Source: Sphaeroforma arctica JP610
Taxonomy: Eukaryota
Assembly: GCF_001186125.1 (NCBI RefSeq)
Contig: NW_014040069.1
Coordinates: 1 to 42,037 of the forward strand
Length of the DNA: 42,037 nucleotides
Direction: 5' to 3'
Each line of letters opens with the position of its first letter. Positions within the stretch are counted from its first letter, which is position 1. The position numbers and the translations under genes were made by a program. Shown here piece by piece: positions 35,696 through 42,037 of the stretch. The notes below the pieces were generated by a model. That model did not search any database. It was given only the letters and a program-made list of their open reading frames with translations, and was not told the origin of the DNA.

Positions 35696-38580
35696 CCTCT
35701 TGTAGTTCAGTCCTGTACCGAACTGTGTGCACGGTGGTGTTTCCTATTACTTCCTTGCTCTAGGACTGGTTGTTTTCTTGATTGCTTTTGGGACACGTGT
35801 GTATGACAATGTGTGACCCCCTCACCTCCAATATATGGGCTTTGTGTGTTCTCTTGCTGATTGTCTGTAGTCAGGTGATGCCTTTGTACTGTTCTTTGTA
35901 CCCAATTTCTTTCCAGTTCTGTCTTTACTGGATCTGTGTTGTGCAATGATAATGTGAATCGATTTGTACTGTCACTGTCTCCTTGGGTGTCTCTATACCC
36001 TGCGTGTTCATATGACCAAGTTCTGTTCAAAATAGTGGTCTGATGTTCACTGTGATATGATCACCTTGTTCGGTACTATTCTTGTGACATGTCACTTTTT
36101 CGTGTTTTGTGTCCTGGTGACACTGTATGCTATACTCATTCACGTTTGTATTGGTATGTCATCATCACTTCATTGAACTTATTGTTCGTGATTCTTTTGA
36201 TGTTTTTGTTTAATGTGTGGTGTTCTCTTTGTCAAGCTGATTGCTTTTCAAAGTAATAATAATAGACTCCCTCGGATTGTGTGGCGTCTATGTTTTTTGG
36301 TTGTCGTTCTATTTCTACTGTTCTTCTTCGTATAATCATACATCTCGTGATGTGTGGGTGGTCTCGTTACCCTTTTGATGTCCCTTATTCATATATTCGA
36401 TGTCGATTGCATTATGATTTTTCTTTGGGTTATCTGGTAAGAGATTGTCACTCACTGATATCTGTGCTATGTTCCTGACAAGTTTTCTTGCAGGGATGTT
36501 TCCTGTTGCTAATAGTTTAGCCCGCAATTATTATGTTCGCATGGCTGATTTCATCAGGTCTGTGTATATGTCTGTTGTTTTGTTTATGCCTTGTGTTCGT
36601 TGTGGCTATCTGCTAATATTAGCTGGTCTAATATTAAGATATTAGATGTGTGTGCATCTCTAACCTCCTGATCGAGTTTAAAGCTTGTGAATGTGTGCAC
36701 AATCGATCTCTCAATCGAAATAAAAAAACTATCAATCTAAATCAGATTCGCGTGTTGATAGCTTTACCTTTGTTATGGCTCTACTCTAGCTGCTAGTTCT
36801 ACTTGCAATGAAGTTGACTTTGTCATCTCTCACTGACATTGGCTCGTTTCTCATTACTATCTGTTTTAAGTGTTTTGTACACTTGATCTGAGTCTATGGT
36901 GCCTTAGTCTATGATTGTTCAAGATTCGAATCTTTATTTTCTTTATTAGTGTACAACTTGGGGTGTCTGTTTATAATGTTGTCGATTTCTTGCCCCCTGC
37001 TTCTAGACTATTGTGTTCTTGATTGTGTTCTTTCGTGGAATCATCTCGTGTGATGTTGAATAATCTTTTGGTGATGCCTTATGTGTGTATTTGAGCTTCA
37101 ATGTCACTTTTTGTGAGTGTCAGCCTGTGTTGTCACTATAGCAGTCCTCCTGATTGGAATGTTGTGCCTCTGTTTATTGACTATACACTTTCTGGTCACG
37201 TTTTGGTGTGCTTGTGTTGTTGAGTAGCATTGAACCTCCTCAATCACGTTTTTATTCGTTTTGCATGTGATTGTTCTTAGAAGTTTGTGTTCTTGCGTAT
37301 CTCAATGTTGTGTGTTTCCACTAGATATGATTGTATCTAGCGTGTCTTTAGCTTTGTCTCCTTGAGACCTTCTTATTGCTTGTCAATTGTACTCGCTTGT
37401 GCATACACACCCTTCTCTAATATTCTAGAATTAATTCCTCATCCGATTTGATGAACTGATTTCAGTGACTAGTGTGCTCTGCTAGTTTCAATGCACGCTT
37501 GTATGGTCGTGAGACACTGTTGTGTCTTTAGTGTGGTACCTGTATTGGTTTTCTTATTGTATTCTTGTATGTGATCAATGTTGACGTGATTTAGGTGCCC
37601 CATTTGATTTCTCGCTTCACCTACGATCTCACTTCGTTGCAGTGATGCCTGTTGCCGTATTTGTTCTTAAGGAACCTTCACCACATGTGTATTCTATGCA
37701 TATAGCTGGAAAGTGCTTAGTATGATACCCGCATCTGTCTACTTTTGGTATTTCTGTGTAAGGTCAGCTTGATGTGATTTGGGCATCTAAATTGATTCCC
37801 CTCTTCTAAACCGATCAAACCTCTTTGAAATATGCTCTTATCACTGTCTACTGGTTCATGAATGCCCTTGTATTGTACTTGTGATATGTTGTTTCTACAT
37901 GTACAGTTCCTATATTCTCTATACAGCGTGTCTCTATTTGCGTAGCTTAAATGTATTCCATGTAATTTCGAATGCTTATCAATACATGTGATTTCAATTG
38001 CTTATCAATGTATCAGTAGGCTTTGTTTCCTGTCTTGAGGTCGATTTTCTCGAGTCACGCCTTTGTTGTAACTCACCTCCTTTTGCAATAGTTTCTCGCA
38101 GGTGTATTAGTTTGTAGACTTCTAATTTCTAACTAGTTGGTAAAGATTATGTCACTCGTGTTGTTTTGTCACTAGCTATCTTGTTCTGTTGTGCAGGGCC
38201 CCTGATATTAGTGGATTTTCTTGTTCGAAAATCCCCTAAACATTGATTTATTAATCAATGTGACACTTCCAGTTTTTCTACACACTGAGGTTCTCTTTTA
38301 TGAAACTGATAGCACTTGTATTGGCTTGACACGTGTCCAGCTTACTTCAATATGGTTACCTTGTTTGTTGTCCTAAGGTCACGCTTTCCGCGGAGAGTCT
38401 CTTAATTTTGCTCTTCCTTGCTCTTCTGTCTTCGGACGTGCTGTAGAATGGCTTCAACTTCAGAGCTAATACTTTCGAGTTGTGTTTAGATAGGGATGAA
38501 TCTTGGTTCACTAATTACGATGATTTTCTTAGTGTATTGTGATTCTTGTTGACTTATCTAAGTAAGGATATTGTAAAAAA

Positions 38581-38916
38581 TGTAGAGTGTGGAGAGTAGC
38601 TGAAAGTGCGAACCAAAAGATACAATAGACCTTTTCTCAAGTACGGTTATCTCAGCTAGGAAAAGTCTCTAGTCTGAGAGAACCGAACTGAGTCTTTATT
38701 TGTGTTTTCACTAGACTCAGGATTTACTTGAGTGTTTCTCTCATACGCGGAGTCCCGGTATAACTTACCGGTTCTACCGCTAAATTTTTTGATGACTCTA
38801 ATAATATCAGAAATATTCCAATTCTATTTGCAAAACTCAATATTTGATTATCCTAGGTTCTGGGATTTGGATTGGCTTTTTTTTGTTTTTTGATAATCTG
38901 GTCCCTTGATGCTACA
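38581..38916 (-). repeat. 5' LTR (336 bp)
   Basis: TGTAG...CTACA, with AATAAA on the minus strand (~38695-38700). Followed on the minus strand by TTTTTTACAATATCC. Confidence 0.9.
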
Positions 38917-41280
38917 CATCTCTTTTAACTCAGGGGAGGATTCCACCGTTTCCCCCACCGCACTTCCCACCTCCCTCTCTCCCCCTTTTTCAGTGGATTC
39001 CATTAACCAATCCCTCTAACCGCACATTACTCGTCACCCGTCCTCACGCACTCTCCGCGGTTTAATCTTACCTCCTCGTGTCAATAGTGGTCTCCTCAAT
39101 ACCTCTGCTCTCTCCAACAACATGCGTATGACCCGCCAACGTGCACGACAAATGACAGCTCATCATCACCAATCCCGCCACCAAGTGGCAGCTCTCCTCG
39201 ATATCCCCACTTCAACGCTCTCCTCACGCGTCCAACGGTCACCTGACCTTGAAATCACCGGCCTCATACTCGACCCCCTTACAAGTCCCCATTCCCACTC
39301 CCTTCCCGTCACTATATTCTCAAAGGAACTTGCACTCAAGTACAAATGTGACAATCGTTCCCTTCATCTTATTCGGACAAAACGCCAAAATACAGCCGAC
39401 AAACATCTGCGTCGTGCAACACGCCGTACTGTTCGTCCCCTCCTCAGTCCCCTCTTACATCCCACTTCTTCTGCCCCACCACCACTCGCTTATCCTACCC
39501 GGCCGGCTGATGCCGTCAACACTCCTGTCGATGTCTCGCACCCTACTCACCTCACTTCTCCGCAAACACTTTTCAATGACACTGCGAACAAGATCTACAC
39601 TCTTTATGCTTCTATTCAATCCGACCCATCGCCCCAAAATTCATTTATAGTACCCTCCGTGGTGACGACGCTGACCTTTGGCGAGCTGCCATTCAGCGTG
39701 AACTTGACAGCCTTGCTAAAACCAGTACTTACGATCTTTTACACCCTGATGACGTCCCCGATGATGCCTTCGTCGTTTCCAGCAAATGGGTCTTTAAGAT
39801 AAAATGATCGACGGTATCGTCGATAAATACAAGGCCCGATTATGTGCGCATGAGTTCACTCAAACCCAAAGTATCGACTACAACGAAACCTTTGCCCCCA
39901 CTAGTTCGCATGAGACACTCCGTTCCGTTCTTGCTGTTGCTGCATCTCAGGGCTGGATGGTTCAGCAAATAAATGTCGACACTGCCTATTTATATGCTGA
40001 CTTGTATCAACCTATTTACATGCGTCCCCCTCCTCGTTCCGCCTCCGTCGGCCTTCCACCCACCTCCATCCTCTCACTTAAGAAATGACTCTACGGCCTT
40101 AAACAATCTAGCCGTTTGTGGCATGCCCTTGTCAAATCGAAGCCCCTTGCCATGGGCTTCTCCCAAAGCGTCACGGATCCGTGCATATTCATCGGTAACA
40201 AACCAGAATTCTCCAGTGTCATCCTGTTATACGTGGACGACATGATTATTTGTGGTCGACGCGATTCTGACGCCTTTCATTTCAAAACTCTGATTCAAAA
40301 CGAGTTCTGCCTTAAATATATCGGCAGACCCCATTGGCTTCTTGGTGTTCGTGTGCTTACTACCGACGATTCTATCAGCCTCGTTCAAGACCATTACTTT
40401 CACGACACGCTTCAGCAATTTGATCTCCAACACGTACACCGCCCCCACACCCGCTACCCAAGACATCATCGGCACCAACGACGGACCCCGTTACACATGT
40501 GTCTACCGTGAGCTAATTGGCACTTTACAATACCTATTCTTATTCTCACTCGCGTTGACATCAGCTTTCCCCTCAATATTCTGGCTCGATTTATGACTAA
40601 TCCGTCACTCGACCATTGTACCGCTGCTCAGCGCATTCTCCGTTATCTTTAGGGCACCACCAATCTCGGTCTCACCTATCGTTATTATGCCGGCCCTCCC
40701 ATCGTCCACGCTTACGTTGTTGCTAACTACAACGCCTGCTCCGACACTCGCCGTTCCACTAGTGACTTCATTCTTCGCCTCAATGGTGTCCCTGTACTCT
40801 GAAAATTGAAACGCCAGAAAACAGTTACAACCAACACAACCGAGGCTGAATACTACGCCGCTTCCGAAGCCGGTAAACAAATTCAATGACCTCGTAACCT
40901 GCCCGGTGAGCTCGGTTTTCCGCAACACTCACCTACCCGATTTTACTGTGACAATCACTCCGCCATCCACGTCATCACGGACACCGGATCCAACAAACAG
41001 CTCAAAACGTTGACATTCGTATACATCATATTCGTGATCTCCAAGCTCAGGGCATCATCGACACTCAATATGTCCCCACACATGACAAAGTTGCTGATAT
41101 ACATACTAAAAACACACCCCGCCCTACTTATTCTCGCCACATCGGCAATCTCTTATCCACCGTTCCCTATTCCTCCATCGCTACACACGGAAACAATCTA
41201 GGTGAGATCCATAGTGGTGAACTGTAAATTATATCCTCCACTTTATCTATACACTGATGGTTTTAGGGGAGTGTTGCGAC
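38917..41280 (+). mobile_element. 5'-truncated, decayed Ty1/Copia retrotransposon (IN-RT linker, RT, RNase H, PPT, start of 3' LTR)
   Basis: RT: WRAAIQRELDSL, SKWVFKIK, KYKARLCA, DYNETFAP, LYGLKQS, LLYVDDMII. RH: TRRSTS, TTEAEYYA, YCDNHSAI. PPT AGGGGAG precedes TGTTG at 41272. The LTR end is not resolved. Confidence 0.92.
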
Positions 41281-42037
41281 AAAATCATCACTATTTTTAC
41301 TACTTCCGATATAACCTCAGTTCGGTACTAGCAAGATACAAATATAGGAACAGACACATGTCAAACGTGTCATATTTTGATGACACACCTATTCCAATGA
41401 TAGAATTTACTCCACACTTACGTGTGAACACAACTGATATCAGTGACATGTACAAGATATATAACTCAGATAAAGGGGTAAATAAAGTTATTCTATATTT
41501 GATTCTATATGGAAAACATTAAGAAGAGTATTTCATCTGATCGCTTGTTGCAAGCACTTATCGAATTGAAACATCTAGGCACGGGCTTCCAGCAAAGAGC
41601 TCCGGGTCCCTGTATGTTTGTGGTGACCGCCGACTTCTTTAACATATTTCTTCTCATGCTACTATATCAATATCGCTCCGATAACTACGCGTATATCGTA
41701 TATATCCGTTGTAGGCATAGTTTTTTTAACTTCTTTCCAGCGGTTTTGCAAATCAAATAGTGATGCACTGGCAGTGCTTTCCCATACAAGCGCGATTGTG
41801 TAAACTTCGATGGAAATTACTAGGTTTCAAACTATATTAAACTAAAATACAATTTAGTCAGTTAGGATTTAGCAGTGGTAGCTTGTGTAAGAATGATCGG
41901 GACTGCCTCTTGTTAAGAGCCTAAATATCCTCGATCACACAGGGCGTACCTCTAGCTGTTCTTTATTGAATAATTTTCACTAGAAGTACTAAGTGTTCAT
42001 GACCACATGCCTAATTTGTAGATAGACATAATAACGT

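Larger units (their letters stand above)
29499..38916 (-). mobile_element. ~9.4 kb Ty3/Gypsy LTR retrotransposon with a chromodomain (decayed)
   Basis: Two related TG..CA LTRs. PPT AAAGGTGGAGAGC (minus strand) abuts the 3' LTR. Gene order on the minus strand is gag-PR-RT-RH-IN-chromodomain. No matching TSD. Confidence 0.9.

Noticed and set aside
36281..36645. Hydrophobic env-like antisense ORFs
   Set aside because: They are short, and the hydrophobicity follows from the G/T skew of this strand.
41358..41760. Gene downstream of the Copia element
   Set aside because: Short broken ORFs with no recognisable motif; they may be LTR or flanking relic sequence.

Overview
Eukaryotic, intron-rich genomic DNA with one 20-N assembly gap. 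It has GT-AG introns, (TA)n/(TG)n-filled introns and a CX2CX17CX2C GATA factor; an opisthokont protist such as an ichthyosporean is my guess only. The left ~13 kb holds three host genes, reconstructed exon by exon: a 5'-partial UBL + STI1/XPC-binding-like protein (+), mitochondrial Fe-S carrier ISCA2 (+, 4 exons, 198 aa) and a single-finger GATA transcription factor (-, 2 exons, 445 aa). About 5 kb of micro-duplicated, GGGGCC-rich non-coding DNA follows. The right ~24 kb is nested, decayed transposons: an intron-containing MULE transposase with a solo LTR in one intron; a GC-rich Ty3/Gypsy-type pol (-); a truncated Gypsy (+, LTR-PBS-gag-PR); a ~9.4 kb chromodomain Gypsy (-) with two LTRs; and the 3' half of a Ty1/Copia (+). 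The most unusual signals are two. First, the GC-rich Gypsy has an apparently dead RNase H followed by two RRM-like segments before the integrase. Second, an LTR family (3 copies) keeps covarying stem-loops, has no tRNA-type PBS, and has a ~3.3 kb leader with candidate internal promoter motifs. All domain calls are by-eye motif matches, not database searches.
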